A stretch of 35,456 nucleotides of DNA from Macrostomum lignano (taxonomy: Eukaryota), in contig NIVC01003078.1 in NCBI GenBank assembly GCA_002269645.1, forward strand, positions 1 through 35,456, given 5' to 3'. The notes under the pieces are model-generated. The model ran no database searches, was not told the DNA's origin, and saw nothing but the letters and a program-made list of their open reading frames with translations. Position numbers and translations under genes: made by a program. This document shows positions 11,644-24,400 of this stretch, piece after piece (positions within the stretch are counted from its first letter, which is position 1; each line of letters opens with the position of its first letter).

Positions 11644-12287
11644 GTGAGCAACATTGTGGAGAGTGTCCTATCCAATACAAGAGTGGCATTTTCGCGTGTG
11701 ACATCCAAGAGGGCAATCTCTCATTTCTCGGATTTGTAGTGTTCGAATTTCTATAATTCAACAGTTTAAAAGTTATTTTTTAATAACTTCTGAAACAGAC
11801 ATCCGACAGATTTCAAATAAAAACTCGCCAAAATCCTGGCTTTGTTTCTTTAGCAAAAAAGCAGAATTTAAGCAGGCAAAAATCAGGAGAATTTCAAGCC
11901 AAACCCCCCAATTCCAGCCAGCCGGTGCCCCCCTCCCCAGTCCACCTGGAGCAAATGGTGGAGCTTTTTTCAATTCTAAAGCCTCAACCAGTCGTTAATT
12001 GTTGCGGGGTCGGGCTATCGGATCCAGAAAAACGATTTATGACACAATTGCAGACAGGCAGCCAGTCCCGTGTCGAGTTCTCGAGTTAAACCAGACCATA
12101 ATTCAAGTCAGTCAGCCGATGCCCCAGCTCCAACCTTCAAACCCCGGCTCGCTCTGCTCTTGATTAGGGATTTTTGAGCACAGTTTTTTAAATCAGATGA
12201 TTTTTTTGTGGACTGATGCCCTCCGTTCCTCCGCGTTACGGACGGGACTGAACGAGACTCGATAACCGTTTACTCTGGTCTCTGCTT

Positions 12288-12490
12288 CCCCCTCTTCTCA
12301 CCCTCTCTTCTCCCCTCTCTCACCCTCTCTTCTCCCCTCTCTCACCCTCTCTTCTCCCCTTTCTCATCCTCTCTTCTCCCCTTTCTCATCCTCTCTTCTC
12401 CCCTCTCTCATCCTCTCTTCTCCCCTTTCTCACCCTCTCTTCTCCACTTTCTCACCCTCTCTTCTCCACTTTCTCACCCTCTCTTCTCTC
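12288..12490. repeat. 22-bp pyrimidine-rich minisatellite CTCTCTTCTCCCCTCTCTCACC, about 9 units
   Basis: Direct reading. Confidence 0.9.
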
Positions 12491-13338
12491 CTATTTTTCT
12501 CTGAATAATCAGCAGAGAAGAAAAAAAGCAGAGTTCACAAGCCATATCCATGAAGCATTCTTCAAACCAGTCAGCCCCTGTCACTGCACACCAGGCCACG
12601 CATACGAGCCCCTCGCATGCCCTTCACATACGACCCGCAGCCATTGTCCCTCCCACGGAGCCTTGTGAGAAGCCCCGTTTTCTCAGAAACACATGGTCCA
12701 GCTGCATCCTCAATAAATGCCAGCGCCTCTGCCCCCCGCTCCTCTCTCTCTCTCAGTCTTATAGCTACTCTGCCTTGCCTTCCCCCCTCTAGTGTCCCCA
12801 GAGCCTAATATTCAATCATAATTCTTGACTCCGCTCTCGCAGGTAGACAAAATCTGAAGGGCTGTTGAGCAGCATTAGTTGAGCTCAATGACTCTACAGA
12901 GGTGACTATAAACAGACAGGGGGGAGCTATAGAATTCAACCTGTGGCTTTCTTTCTGCTTATACTAGACTGCTTTTTGTTGTTATTGAAGCTCGACTTTC
13001 GTTTATGTTTAGGTTTAGGTTTAGGTTTAGATTTAGATTTATATTTAGGTCAGGCAGCTAATCCAAACCAAATATTCAGTCCAAGCTTTTGAGCAATTAG
13101 GGCAGTTCTGAGATGGAGATCATTTGATTAACGATTGAGACTCGTGGACTTCTAAATTGCGTACAGCATATGGATTGGAAGCTCTATAAAAGTTAACAGG
13201 GACGTTGGCTACACACACTTCTCTTAAAACAGTTGGTGCGCTTCCAATCCATATTACTCAATATTTTTTTGAAAGTCCATGGACATTTGCAGGAGGGCTG
13301 TAGCGTTCTTTGCACACACGCGCACGCACAACACAAAC

Positions 13339-13542
13339 CTTTTGACGCCACGGTTCCTCTGGCTTCAATGAAGGCCTCCATCGGTCCGCCGCCGCTGCCG
13401 CCGGGCTCCATGGCCTCCAGGCTTTTTATGTAGTGCGACAGGCCGAAACTGTTGGCGGCTGCGGCTGCGGTGGCTTTTGATGCCGAGTCGCCCTCGGCAT
13501 AGCTGTTGAAACTGGAATTCATTTGTTTAAGAAAGTATGGCA
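13339..13542 (-). CDS. ETV1/4/5: Probable N-terminal exon of the ETS factor (candidate ATG at 13522)
   Basis: Acceptor ctaacag|tg at 13543/13542 and donor aaag|GTTTGT at 13339/13338 (phase 1, fits the next exon). Reads MNSSFNSYAEGDSASKATAAAAANSFGLSHYIKSLEAMEPGGSGGG. From ATG 13522 the four exons give about 678 aa if the 4935 deletion is corrected. Confidence 0.6.
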
Positions 13543-13581
13543 CTGTTAGTTATTAATGACAATTAAAAACAAAATGGCATG

Positions 13582-13794
13582 ATAATAATAATTATGGGCA
13601 GATGTGCCACCGACAGCTCAGGCTGCGTACAGTCTAAGGACTGCAGGCACCCATTTTACAGCTGGGTGAACACTGAAGCAATGCAGAGTTAAGTGTCTTG
13701 CTCAATTAGGACACAAATTGTTCCAAGTGGGACGAGAATCGAACCCCCGACCTTTCAGTCGTGAATCCGAAGCTCGAACCACTGGGCTACAACC
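13582..13794 (-). mobile_element. tRNA-derived SINE, about 210 bp
   Basis: Minus strand shows A box TAGCCCAGTGG and B box GGTTCGATTC, a central GAGCAAGACACTTAAC and CCCAGCTGTAAAATGGG block of the kind seen in conserved-core SINEs, and an (ATT)n tail. Confidence 0.8.
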
Positions 13795-15894
13795 TAATAA
13801 AAACACATGATCAGTTCAATCCCAAAAATGGCACCGATCAGAGACAAAATGATCACGCCAGAAAATGGCACCATAAAGATAGAAGGAAAAAAGTGACACA
13901 AAATGACACAAAATGGTCAAATAAGGATTTACTGACTCTTGCACGCGATAATGAGAGTTTCCAGCTTTTAGCCGGGCAATACTCGAACTGCCCGAACGAG
14001 TTTCTCATCTCTCCCCTATTTAACAGCCGGTCAGTCCAGCCTTGCTGCTCCAGTTTCTCCCGCTGATAAAAATGACAGTTGCTGTCAAGAGCGAGCGGCA
14101 ATGGGGGGGAGTGAATGAGGAAGAGCGGGAGATCTGACGAGATAAAGGGCGCGGGACACGAGAGCTGACCATGCTCAGATGGGGAAGTTCGCCCATAATT
14201 GAGGAGATGCTTGGCTAGCGTGAGGCGCAGGGACACAGAGAGAGACTGCAAAAGGAGATTTAGCGAAAGTTCCGAGTCCCAGCGCTATGCAGTTTAGAGA
14301 TTTCAAAATTTATTGTTAAATGAAATGGTAATAATGTTGAATAACCGTTTATGCCTGTGTGCAGCGAGAAGCTCGGGTGCAGCTTCACCGGCTCGCGAAT
14401 TAAACAAGCCGGTTTCATAAGCCCAATGATAATTGCTGGGGCCAAAGAGCCCCTGGCAGGGTTTTTAGACCGCCGGCTGCATGGGGCTCATCTCCGATTC
14501 TCAAGTCATAAATTGTTTTTCCGTGAACTGGCCGCCGCCGAGCTGGTGGGCTGGGGCTCTCAGATGGCAGCAGAGACAAGACGAGAGAGGGGAGGGGAGT
14601 GGGGAGAATAATGGGGAGTTTTTGGGAGAGCTGGATGGAGAGAGGGGGGCCTGGGTGCGCACGAATAACTGCTGATGGATGAGGTCCAGAGGAGGCCCTC
14701 CAATTATCTCCCCAATTATCTTCTGCCTGTTGCTCCGGAGTGGCGCGCAGTGAGAGAGCTGGCTCAGTGTTTAAACAGCACTGGGACTGCATGAAAAACT
14801 CTTGGCCAGAGCCCAGATATAGTTTTGAGACAAATACAATATATCGAAGTATATAGTCCCCAGCCTCATATCGATAATGTAGCAGCATTTTTAACCGTTT
14901 TTTTATTGTGCCACCATTAGCATGGATGCCGTTTTACAGAGCAGACCCAACTCAGTGCTCAGTGTCCGGGCAAAAACGACCGATCACTCCCTTGAGGATT
15001 AGCTGGCCCAGCGTCTCCCAAACAACTCTCTCTCTCTCCATCTCTTGGGACTAATCACACGGGAGGCCGGCCACTCCCCATTCTCAGCTTGTGTTCGATC
15101 AATCAATTATTTTCAAGTTTATATCCTACTGCACCGTGGAAGTTGCTGATCTTAATCGGTTCGGTCTTGAGCACACAGGCACATACAAGCCGAAGCCAAA
15201 CTCAGCACAGTTATAGTAGCAAGGCAAACCTAAGGTGCGTCCCCACTATATAATCTGTACACTTCCGGTTGCCTGCTGTCGGCCTGGCATCCCTTATTGA
15301 CAACATTCGATGACTTTTTACGTCTAAGAGAGCCGTCCGTCGCATAGAGATGCGTGTGTGCTCAGAGCATGCAGAAGCAGTAGTTTTGTTTGTATCCGGG
15401 GGAGGGGGTGCACAGGGTTAACGCGCTCGTGGTAATTCGATATCGCTCCCGGTGAGCAAACATGTGGGAATGGCGCTAATCTATCGCTGATTCAGTTTTT
15501 AAAAACGATTTCCTCTCTCTATCTCAGCCTCAAGAAATTATCCTAAGCAATAAATTTGCAGTCACGCGCGCGAAAATTTAATAGAGTGACGTCACTCGAT
15601 AATTCATATAGCAATCTTTGCTCAATGTTATTGACCGGCCCTGAAGCAGGGGGTGAGAAATACCTGTGCAGACAGGGAATTAAGAGATGTTTGCTCAAGT
15701 TTTCAGTCGGACACGGGCTGGTAGATAAGGTCTCGGTCATGCCGCTCGATAATAGCGCAGCTCAACTTTAATCTTTAATAGCCTGGGCTATAAAACTAAG
15801 AGAAACAGAAGCTGCACAACCAGAGAAGTAGACAGATTTTGTGGAGAGGGAGACAGAGAAGTAGACAATAATCGAATGCAATTTAAAAGCTTAC

Positions 15895-15929
15895 CTGCTG
15901 ACCCGCTGGCAACCGGCTCCGTGGCTCAT
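15895..15929 (-). other. Candidate first exon of the ETS gene (ATG-containing, probably 5' UTR with a uORF)
   Basis: cctaccATGAGC...AGCAG|GTAAGC: strong donor at 15895/15894. Phase 2, so out of frame with the phase-1 acceptor at 13542. Confidence 0.35.
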
Positions 15930-16439
15930 GGTAGGCAAAAAAACTCTCTAGCTCAGCCGAAAAAGTGCTTATTGCTTATTTAAATCTGGCGGGTGACTAA
16001 CGCAAAATTAAAGTCGACAGAGCGAGCGCAGAGTTTGCTCAGGTGTTGAAATAGGGGTGCTCAGGATTTTCCAGTTTTGAGTTGGGCTCCGCCACTTTTG
16101 GGAGAATTATTCCTCCTGAGCTCCCCCACCCCCAGCCCCGGTGATCCCATCCAACCGCGGGGCGTCTGCCCTGCCAGAATGAGTAGCTTACTGAGCACGA
16201 GGGGAGAGTGTGAGGGAAGAATTAGTCGGTGGGGATCTGGCTTAACGGAGGCCGGCCGCTGCGGCGGCGGAGGCGGCTGGCTTGATGCGGGAGCTCTCCT
16301 ATTGGAGGGAGGCTGGAGGGACGGATGAAGCGCCGATATAATTTTCCCACCGGCTAATCTATCCAAGGATACAGCAATCTGCTTCTAGCTCCTTCCCCAA
16401 AAGGCCTTTGTAGATGCATCCCGGCAGTTTCCTGGCTCT

Positions 16440-16932
16440 GGAGAATGGGGAATGGCGCTGGAGAATGGGGAATGGCACAGGGATCAGTGGAATGGCACAG
16501 AAGATCTGGGGAATGGCACAGGGGATCTGGGGAATGGAACAGGGATCAGGAAAATGGCACAGGGATTTGTGTAAGGTCACAGGGGTCTGGGGAACGGCAC
16601 AGGGGCCTGAGAATGGCACAGGGATTTGTGTAAGGTCAAAGGGATCTGGAAAGTGGCACAGGTGTCTGGGGAATGGCACAGGGATCAGGAAAATGGAACA
16701 GGGATCAGGAAAATGGCACAGGGATCAGGGGAATGGCACAGGGAATCTGGGGAATGGCACAGGGATCTGGAGAATGGCACAGGGATCTGGAAAATGGCAC
16801 AGGGTATCTGGAGAATGGCACAGGGATCAGGGGAATGGCACAGGGATCTGGAGAATGGTACAGGTGTCTAGGGAATAGCAGAGGGGATCTGGAGAATGGC
16901 ACAGGGATCAGGGGAATGGCACAAGGATCTGA
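16440..16932. repeat. About 20-bp minisatellite, core GAATGGCACAGGGATC(T/A)GG
   Basis: Direct reading; source of the overlapping MAQGSGEWHRD ORFs. Confidence 0.92.
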
Positions 16933-17619
16933 GGAGTGACAGGAATGACAACTTGCTGAAACAATTAACAAACCAATAATTATACATTGATAACGCTACA
17001 GGGGGGGGGGGCAAAAATAGCTGATATCTGCTGGGAGAGCATTTCCTGTAGGAGGAGTTGCTCCCAGTTTTCTGGCCGCCTGACGCCATTCTTCACGAAT
17101 TTCAGGAAGTAATAAAATAATTATGGATTTGACGAATGCCCAAGGCCAAGACGGTCCGGGATCTGGGTCGCTAACGGCTTTCAACCCCACCCTCCTAACA
17201 AAGATTTCGAATACCTTTTGTCATATCCATATTTATTTTTCGGCCGAATCAGCAAGCTTCGCTTCAAACAGCGGCAATTTGGATAAAAATTATTTTTATA
17301 ATTTTTTTCACAACCTATAAACCGCTAGGGAGTCTAGATTTTTTATTCTGTTTTATATTGTTGCATATTCCTTCTAGCTGCAGCTTTGCTGGAATTACCG
17401 GAAGCAGCATGGGATCGAGTCGTGACGAAAATCATAAATCAGAGAAGCCTGTTTTAGCAGAAATTCGACAGGGGACCATGGAAGAAATTATTGGATTTTA
17501 TTTACGAATGCTTTCTGTCCCAAACAGCCTACTTTCAGTAAAAAGATAAGTGCTAATCGCTGAAAATAGCAAAAAAATTTCCAAAACAGTTCTCATACTC
17601 ATTTTTTTCTCCGTATTTC

Positions 17620-17940
17620 TCATTCTCATGTACATGAATTCTCATCTTTATTCTCATGTACATGAATTCTCATCTTTATTCTCATATACCTGAATTCTCA
17701 TCTTTATTCCCATATACATGAATTCTCATCTCATTCTCATGTACATGAATTCTCATCTTTATTCTCATATACATGAATTCTCATCCTTATTCTCATATAC
17801 CTGAATTCTCATCTTATTCTCATATACATGAATTCTCATCCTTATTCTCATATACATGAATTCTCATCTTATTCTCATATACATATACATGAATTCTCAT
17901 TCTTATTCTCAAATACCTGAATTCTCACCCTCATTCTCAT
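17620..17940. repeat. About 28-bp minisatellite TCTCATRTACATGAATTCTCATCTTTAT, about 11 units
   Basis: Direct reading; intergenic. Confidence 0.92.
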
Positions 17941-18394
17941 TTACCAGAGTTCTGATCCTTATTTACCAGCAGTCCCAAATCGGTCATTAAACAAAGACAC
18001 AACCAGAAGCCCTGTTGTTGTGTAAAAAAAATAATAAAGTCCATAACAGGCGCAAGCAGTTGTTTAACAGGACATGAAAGAGGCAAATAAACAAATCGAC
18101 GTAATGCCAAGCCTTGTTCTAACAATAGTTTATTCACGTATTCAGAATTTTACAATTAATTATATGCATATTTATGTGAGTAAACGCTTGAAACCTTATG
18201 AACAGAACATATTACTATATTATAAATATGCATTTGTACAACATATTAATAGGCGAGTGCATATGGTTACGGCATGGTTAACAGATAGGGAGCATAAATA
18301 ACAAGGATATAACATAGATAAATAAAGTGGGATATTAGCCCAAACAGGAGTTTAATCTAACAAGACAGCTGACCAAAATTCTAATAGGCAGAAC

Positions 18395-18400
18395 TTTATT
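18395..18400 (-). terminator. Candidate polyadenylation signal of INTS1
   Basis: AATAAA on the minus strand about 330 nt past the stop; another lies near 18130. Confidence 0.4.
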
Positions 18401-18729
18401 ACACTAAGCAACAAATGGGCACTTTGAATTGAATTAAACATTAACAAAAAACAGAAACTGTCCGCATTTTACTACTGACAGACAGCAGTAGTATAGTAGA
18501 GATCGCAATACATTATTGTATTACAATATGGACACGAGACACGGGGAGTTTAAATACGCTTAAAAGTGGGAAGTTAAGAGCGGACTCGGAGCGGGTTTTA
18601 ACAACCAGAAGAAGACTGAAGGGGAAATGGCGAGTACAAAGGAAAGACTGCGTCAAACTTGAACAGGATTAGTAATTGAGAATTTAACGCAACTGCTCAT
18701 AAATTGTCTCAAACTGTGAGTGCAAGCAG

Positions 18730-19731
18730 CTATGCGGCCGATTTGCTCGCACTGTCCGAAGTTGATGGTGCATCATCCGCTGTTGCCAAGGCGCCCGACT
18801 GCTGCTGCTGCTGCTGATTGTCGGAGCCGGCAGCGTCGGAATCGGCGGCGGCGGCAGCGCCAGGCAGCAGGGCCTCCAGATTCAGCTGGTCCAGCGCCGC
18901 TCCGTAGGCCTTGGCAGCGTCAGGCACGCCTGCGGCGGCCAGCCGGGCCACAGCGGCCAGCAGAGCGGGCGATCGGTCCGGCCAGACGGAGGCCAGCTCG
19001 GGCAGGCAGGCCAGCAGCTGGGCACGGGCGCCGGGATCAGCGCCAGGCTGCAGATGTCGCAGCACCGCCGCTGCCGCAGCCGCATGTTCGGACGAATCGA
19101 CGTCGGAGCCGCCGCGTCGCGCCTGCCTGAGCAACAGCGTCAGAGCCGGGCCGCGGACCTCCGGACAGGCGTCGCCAATAAGCCGTTCGATGTCGCCGAC
19201 AAAGCTGTCCAGCAGGTCCGGCCGGCGTCTGGTCTTGTCTTCCAGCTCGCGGAGTGCGTCGGTCAGGTCGGCCAGATTGTCCAGCTGGCGAAGCCGCTTG
19301 CGACAGTTGGCGATCAGGCTGTGCGACCAGCTGTGCCGGCCAGCTGATGCTGCGTCGGAGGCTGGAGCGGCGCCGAAGTCTAACACGTCGTCCTGGTAAT
19401 CGGCGTCGCTATCCAGCCGACTGTCGATAGATTCGTCGTCGATGTCGCCGCTAGCGGTCAGGGCGGTCAGCTCCGGCAGCGAGTCGGTCAGATCCGACGG
19501 CAGCGAGGTGAGCTGAGGTCGCAGGCTGGCGAGAAGCCGGCGAGCCGGCCGCGGCGCCGCTGAAACGTAGGCGCAGAGTAGTAGCGCCAGCTTGGCGCCC
19601 AGCGGTATTAGGGCCACACGGGCATTGTCGCGGTAGCGATGAAGGGCCCGGGCGTAGCTAGACAGAATGGCGTCCACGGCTGGCCTGGTGGTATCGGACT
19701 GGTACAGCCGGGGGCCCAGGTGCTCCAGCAC
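18730..19731 (-). CDS. INTS1: Integrator complex subunit 1, last exon
   Basis: Acceptor cctcag|GTG at 19732/19731, TAG at 18730. VLEHLGPRLYQSDTTRPAVDAILSSYARALHRYR resembles the INTS1 C-terminal region (human LLELLQPHVF...LLSFIRLLLNYR). Confidence 0.85.
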   Translation of the reverse strand: MLEHLGPRLYQSDTTRPAVDAILSSYARALHRYRDNARVALIPLGAKLALLLCAYVSAAPRPARRLLASLRPQLTSLPSDLTDSLPELTALTASGDIDDESIDSRLDSDADYQDDVLDFGAAPASDAASAGRHSWSHSLIANCRKRLRQLDNLADLTDALRELEDKTRRRPDLLDSFVGDIERLIGDACPEVRGPALTLLLRQARRGGSDVDSSEHAAAAAAVLRHLQPGADPGARAQLLACLPELASVWPDRSPALLAAVARLAAAGVPDAAKAYGAALDQLNLEALLPGAAAAADSDAAGSDNQQQQQQSGALATADDAPSTSDSASKSAA

Positions 19732-19849
19732 CTGAGGATTGCGAAAATGTAAAATGCGCGATTGAAAAATAGCTCGAAGCTTGCAGCAAACTACGATTCT
19801 AAGAAATAATGTAGTCTTTGTTTACAGGTGTTACTCACTTTTATCGCTT

Positions 19850-20435
19850 TATAGGTGTACAGATCCCAATACACCCCAGATTAGACACAGGTGCACAGAA
19901 CCCAATACACCCCAGATTAGAAAGGTGTACAGATCCTAACACACCCCAGATTAGACACAGGTGCACAGATCCCAATACACCCCAGATTAGACACAGGTGT
20001 ACAGATCCCAATACACCCCAGATTAGACACAGGTGTACAGATCCCAACACACCCCAGATTAGACACAGGTGTACAGATCCCAACACACCCCAGATTAGAC
20101 ACAGGTGTACAGATCCCAATACACTCCAGATTAGACACAGGTGCACAGATCCCAACACACCCCAGATTAGACACAGGTGCACAGATCCCAATACACCCCA
20201 GATTAGACACAGGTGTACAGATCTTAATACACTCCAGATTAGACACAGGTGAACAGATCCCAATACACCCTAGATTAGACACAGGTGTACAGATCCCAAT
20301 ACACCCCAGATTAGACACAGGTGTACAGATCCCAACACACCCCAGATTAGACACAGGTGTACAGATCCCAACACACCCCAGATTAGACACGGGTGTACAG
20401 ATCCCAACACACCCCAGATTAGACACAGGTGCACA
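19850..20435. repeat. 36-bp minisatellite AGATTAGACACAGGTGTACAGATCCCAAYACACCCC, about 16 units (INTS1 last intron)
   Basis: 12-aa periodicity VSNLGCIGICTP in the ORF track. Confidence 0.96.
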
Positions 20436-20482
20436 GTGCCTGAAGTGAATCTTAACAATTGAACACCTGAAGCTGAACCTAC

Positions 20483-23155
20483 CTGAACCAAGCAGCCAAA
20501 CATGGCGAGTGGTCCTTGCCAGCGGAACTCGGTCCAGGGCAGCAGATAGCGGCCGCTGAGCAGAGCGGCAGCAACGGGCAGTATTGGGGGCAGCAGTCTG
20601 GGATGCCTGGCAGCCAGTATACGGCAGGCTGTAGCGCTGACAGCTTGAGTAGACTCGCATTGGCTGCCGATGCCAGCGAGGACCCGGTGCCCGTAGGCTA
20701 GCACAGCATCGCCAGGCTGCAAGATCCGCTGCTCACCAGACTCGCCAGATGGCGGGCCCAGCATCGGCAGGCGGCAGTACAGCGCCAGGCGGAGTCGTCG
20801 TGCACCGGCTGAACTGCGACTGGCCGCGGTCAGCCAGCGGACGAGAGCCCTGGCGCTGGGACGGCCGCCACTGCCGGCAGACGACGGCGGGGCAATCAGG
20901 GCGGCAATGTCGACATTCTCTTCGGCGCACTCGTCTGCTAGCTGGGCGCAGATCAGGTCGGCCCGGCGCTCGATTTGATCAGCAGAGGGAGAGCCGGAGT
21001 CGGCCTCTCTGACAGCCAGCTGAGCCAGGCGCAGCAGCTCTGCCGTGCTGGCCCGCATCGGCGGAGGCGGCGGCAGCGCCTTGCTGCCGTGGTCGCCAGG
21101 CAGGAGCAGCCGGGGATGCCGCTGGCAGGCCTGATAGGCGTCTAACAACAGGCCGGCATCGGTCGATAATTTCATTTCCGCATCGGCCAGGACGCTTTGA
21201 ACTGTCCGAGGCAGCTCGGCCAGATCCGACCGGTGCAGTAGCAGAGCGGCAACGTAGCGATTGGCTGAGCCCTGACGACAGCTCTGTTGAGCAAACACCT
21301 CGCTAGCCCGCGGGAAAGCCGGATCGGCCAGGCACAGATAGTCCATAGCGGCGCCGTTGATTTGGCCTTGGCCGGCTGCACCGCTGAGGCACAACTGGCG
21401 CAGCTCGTCCAGACTCTGGTCGGCTGGGTCCGCAGTCGATGGCAGCAGCAGCGATGATTTGGCGTCAACGCCGAGCAGGCTGAGCAGGGTCTGTCTGGTC
21501 GCACTATCCTGCGGCAGCCGATCGGCCAAGTCCTTGGCCATCCGGCCGGCGTGGCCAGGCGGGAACAGCTTGGCAAACAGCGGCCCGGCCAGCCACTGCT
21601 GACTGGCCAGCGACTGGGCAAAGGAGCTCGCCGATGACGACGATCCCGATGTCGGTAGTAGTCGGCGACGGAGCTGCTCCCGACATGCGGCGGCGAAGGA
21701 TGGATCGGAGCCGGCTCGTTGAAGCAGCTGGCGGACTCGAACTCGGGACGCCCGGCGGCCGAGTTCAACAAGTGCGGGCAAATCCTCGGGCTTGACGCTG
21801 GCGCGGTGGTGCTGCTCGACGCCGGATGCTTTTGCAGTGCCAACAGCGGCGGCAGGTGCCGGTACAGTCCAGCTGAATATGCCCGGCTGGCAGCTGTCAA
21901 TCTCCATGGCACTACTATGAGTAGCGGCAGCGGCAGTCTTACCGTCGGCCAGTTGAATCAGCAGGCGAACGCCCGGCTGGTCATCGCCGAGCCCGAGACG
22001 CCTGGCGCACTGCAGCAGGCGCAGCCAGGGCACCGGGGCGGAGGGCCCGACTGCCCAGCTGGCCGGGCTGCCAGACGGACCGGACGCGAGTTCGGCCAGC
22101 CTGGCCAGCAGGGCGGACACGGAGCCGGCCGGCCAGGCCTCGCTAACGCCGGACAGCAGCCTGGCTAGTAGCGGCGGGCCGGTTCGCGAGGCGGCCAGAC
22201 TGGCCAGACGGCTGTCGGCGCTGCGGGCCAGGCGGGCGAGCACGGTCTCGGGCATGACTAGGCTGTCGCATCCGTTAGCCAGGCGCTTGCCTCCGCCGCT
22301 GTCCGGCAGCCAGGCGGCGATGAGTCGGGATCGATAAGGCTCAGCGTCCGGGCCGAGATCGAGCGACAGCATCAGCAGGTGGCTGAGCAGCAGCCGAGGC
22401 GACACGGGAACCGGCTGGCCGGCCGGTTTGCCCAGTGGAACCAACAGTGGCGCTTCGCCGTCCTCCTCTGGCCAGGGCTGCAGCAATGCCGGCCTGTCAA
22501 CAGAGGCGGCGAAGGCGCGCAGAGCCAGCAGGGCGGCGGGCCGGTGCGAGGCGGCCAACCGGCTGACGGTGAGCGGCCGGAGCAGCACCAGCTTGGCCAG
22601 GTTGTTCAGGTAGGCCAGGGCAAGTCGGTCAATATTGGCAAGGCGACTTTCCAGTAGGTGCCGAGTGAGGAAGGCGATGTAGGCGCCGAGGGCCCTGGGG
22701 CAGGTCTCCTGAGCGATGCAGTCCACTAACTGGCCAGCTAGAAATGCCAGCAGGCGGGGAAACAGCGGCAGTCTAGGCAGCCGGTCCAGCAGCCAGTGCT
22801 CCGCGCCGTTGTCTTCCACTACTGACGATGACGTCTGCGCCTGCGGCGCCAGAATCAGCGCCAGACAGTCGGCGGCTGTGGCCCGGATGGTGGCAGACTT
22901 TGCTCGCAATCGAATCATAAAGTAGGACAGCAGTTGTCGGACATCCGTTAGAACCTCTTCGCTGGCATCAGCGGCACTGTTGGCTAGGGAGGCCAGTCGA
23001 TATAGCAGCTGCTGCCGCCGGTCTGTGCTCTGGCCAACGTGAGCCAGCAGGATCTCGGCTAGGCACTGCACGGGCAGGATCGACAGGCTCTGATTGCCCA
23101 AGTTGTCTACTAGGTGCACTAGCCACTGCTGGCTGGCGCTGGCCCGGCTGAACAC
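20483..23155 (-). CDS. INTS1: INTS1 exon 6 (2673 nt)
   Basis: Acceptor ctgcag|GTG, donor cag|GTAGGT, phase 0-0. WLVHLVDNLGNQSLSILPVQCLAEILL matches INTS1 WLADLV...SLDVLPVQCLCEFLL; also contains HPRLLPPILPVAAALLSGR. Confidence 0.9.
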
Positions 23156-23229
23156 CTGCAGTTGGCGGCGGGGAATGGGCAGAGATTGGGTTATGACTAG
23201 TGACGGTTTGAGCGACAATAGCGACGTTG

Positions 23230-24030
23230 CATGACCGACACATGCATCAATAACATGACCGCCATTCCTCAGCAACATGACCAACATATTCAGCGACATG
23301 ACCGACACATGCATCAATAACATGACCGCCATTCCTCAGCAACATGACCAACATATTCAGCGACATGACCGACACATGCATCAATAACATGACCGCCATT
23401 CCTCAGCAACATGACCAACATATTCAGCGACATGACCGACATATTCCTCAGCAAAATGACCGACATATTCCTCAGCAAAATGACCGACATATTCCTCAGC
23501 AAAATGACCGACATATTCATCAACAACATGACCGACATTCAGCAACATGACCGACATATTCTTCGACAACATGACCGACATATTCATCAGCAACATGACC
23601 GACATATTCATCAACAACATGACCGACATATTCATCAGCAACATGACCGACACATTCATCAGCAACATGACCGACACATTCATCAGCAACATGACCGACA
23701 CATTTATCAACAGCATGACCGACATATTTATCAACAACATGACCGACATATTCATCAGCAACATGACCGACACATTCATCAACAGCATGACCGACATATT
23801 TATCAACAACATGACCGACATATTCATCAGCAACATGACCGACACATTCATCAACAGCATGACCGACATATTTATCAACAACATGACCGACATATTCATC
23901 AGCAACATGACCGACACATTCATCAACAGCATGACCGACATATTTATCAACAACATAACCGACATATTCATCAGCAACATGACCGACATATTCATCAGCA
24001 ACATGACCGACACATTCATCAACAGCATAA
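23230..24030. repeat. 24-bp minisatellite CATGACCGACATATTCATCAGCAA with 67-bp and 72-bp higher-order repeats
   Basis: 8-aa periodicity; the 67-bp block starts at 23230, 23297 and 23364. Confidence 0.95.
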
Positions 24031-24042
24031 CTAACAACTTAC

Positions 24043-24400
24043 CTGTATAAGATCCAACAGGAAGTCGGGATCTCTGGACCGGCACAGACGCAATCCAATG
24101 CCGTACTGTGCATTGAGCTTGCGCAGCTGGTCAATAGCCCAGGCGGGTGGCTGCCTGGCTGGTCCGCAGGGCGCGCAGTCCATCAGCCAGCCGAGCAGCC
24201 TAGAGCTGGCCTCGGTGATGTCGGTGCCAGCCAGCTGCATCTCCAGTCTAACAACGCCAGTTTTCTCAGCTTCAAGAGCGCGCAATTCGCGCATTCGAAC
24301 GGCATCGGCGCTGAGGCCCTCGCGGAGGAGCAGAGACTGACAAGGGAACTCGTACATACAGGTCATCACCATCTCTAGTAGGCAGCGCACTGTTGGGTAC
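24043..24400 (-). CDS. INTS1: INTS1 exon 5
   Basis: Acceptor atgcag|g, donor cag|GTAAGT. YPTVRCLLEMVMT...LRLCRSRDPDFLLDLIQ matches INTS1 YPTLKMLMEMVMT...SRxPDFLL. Confidence 0.92.

Noticed and set aside
13001-13049. Interstitial telomere-like (GTTTAG)n run
   Set aside because: Only about 8 degenerate units and not the TTAGGG animal telomere repeat; treated as a simple microsatellite.
14415-14888. 157-aa minus-strand ORF as an additional ETS exon
   Set aside because: No convincing flanking splice sites in a compatible phase and no recognisable homology.
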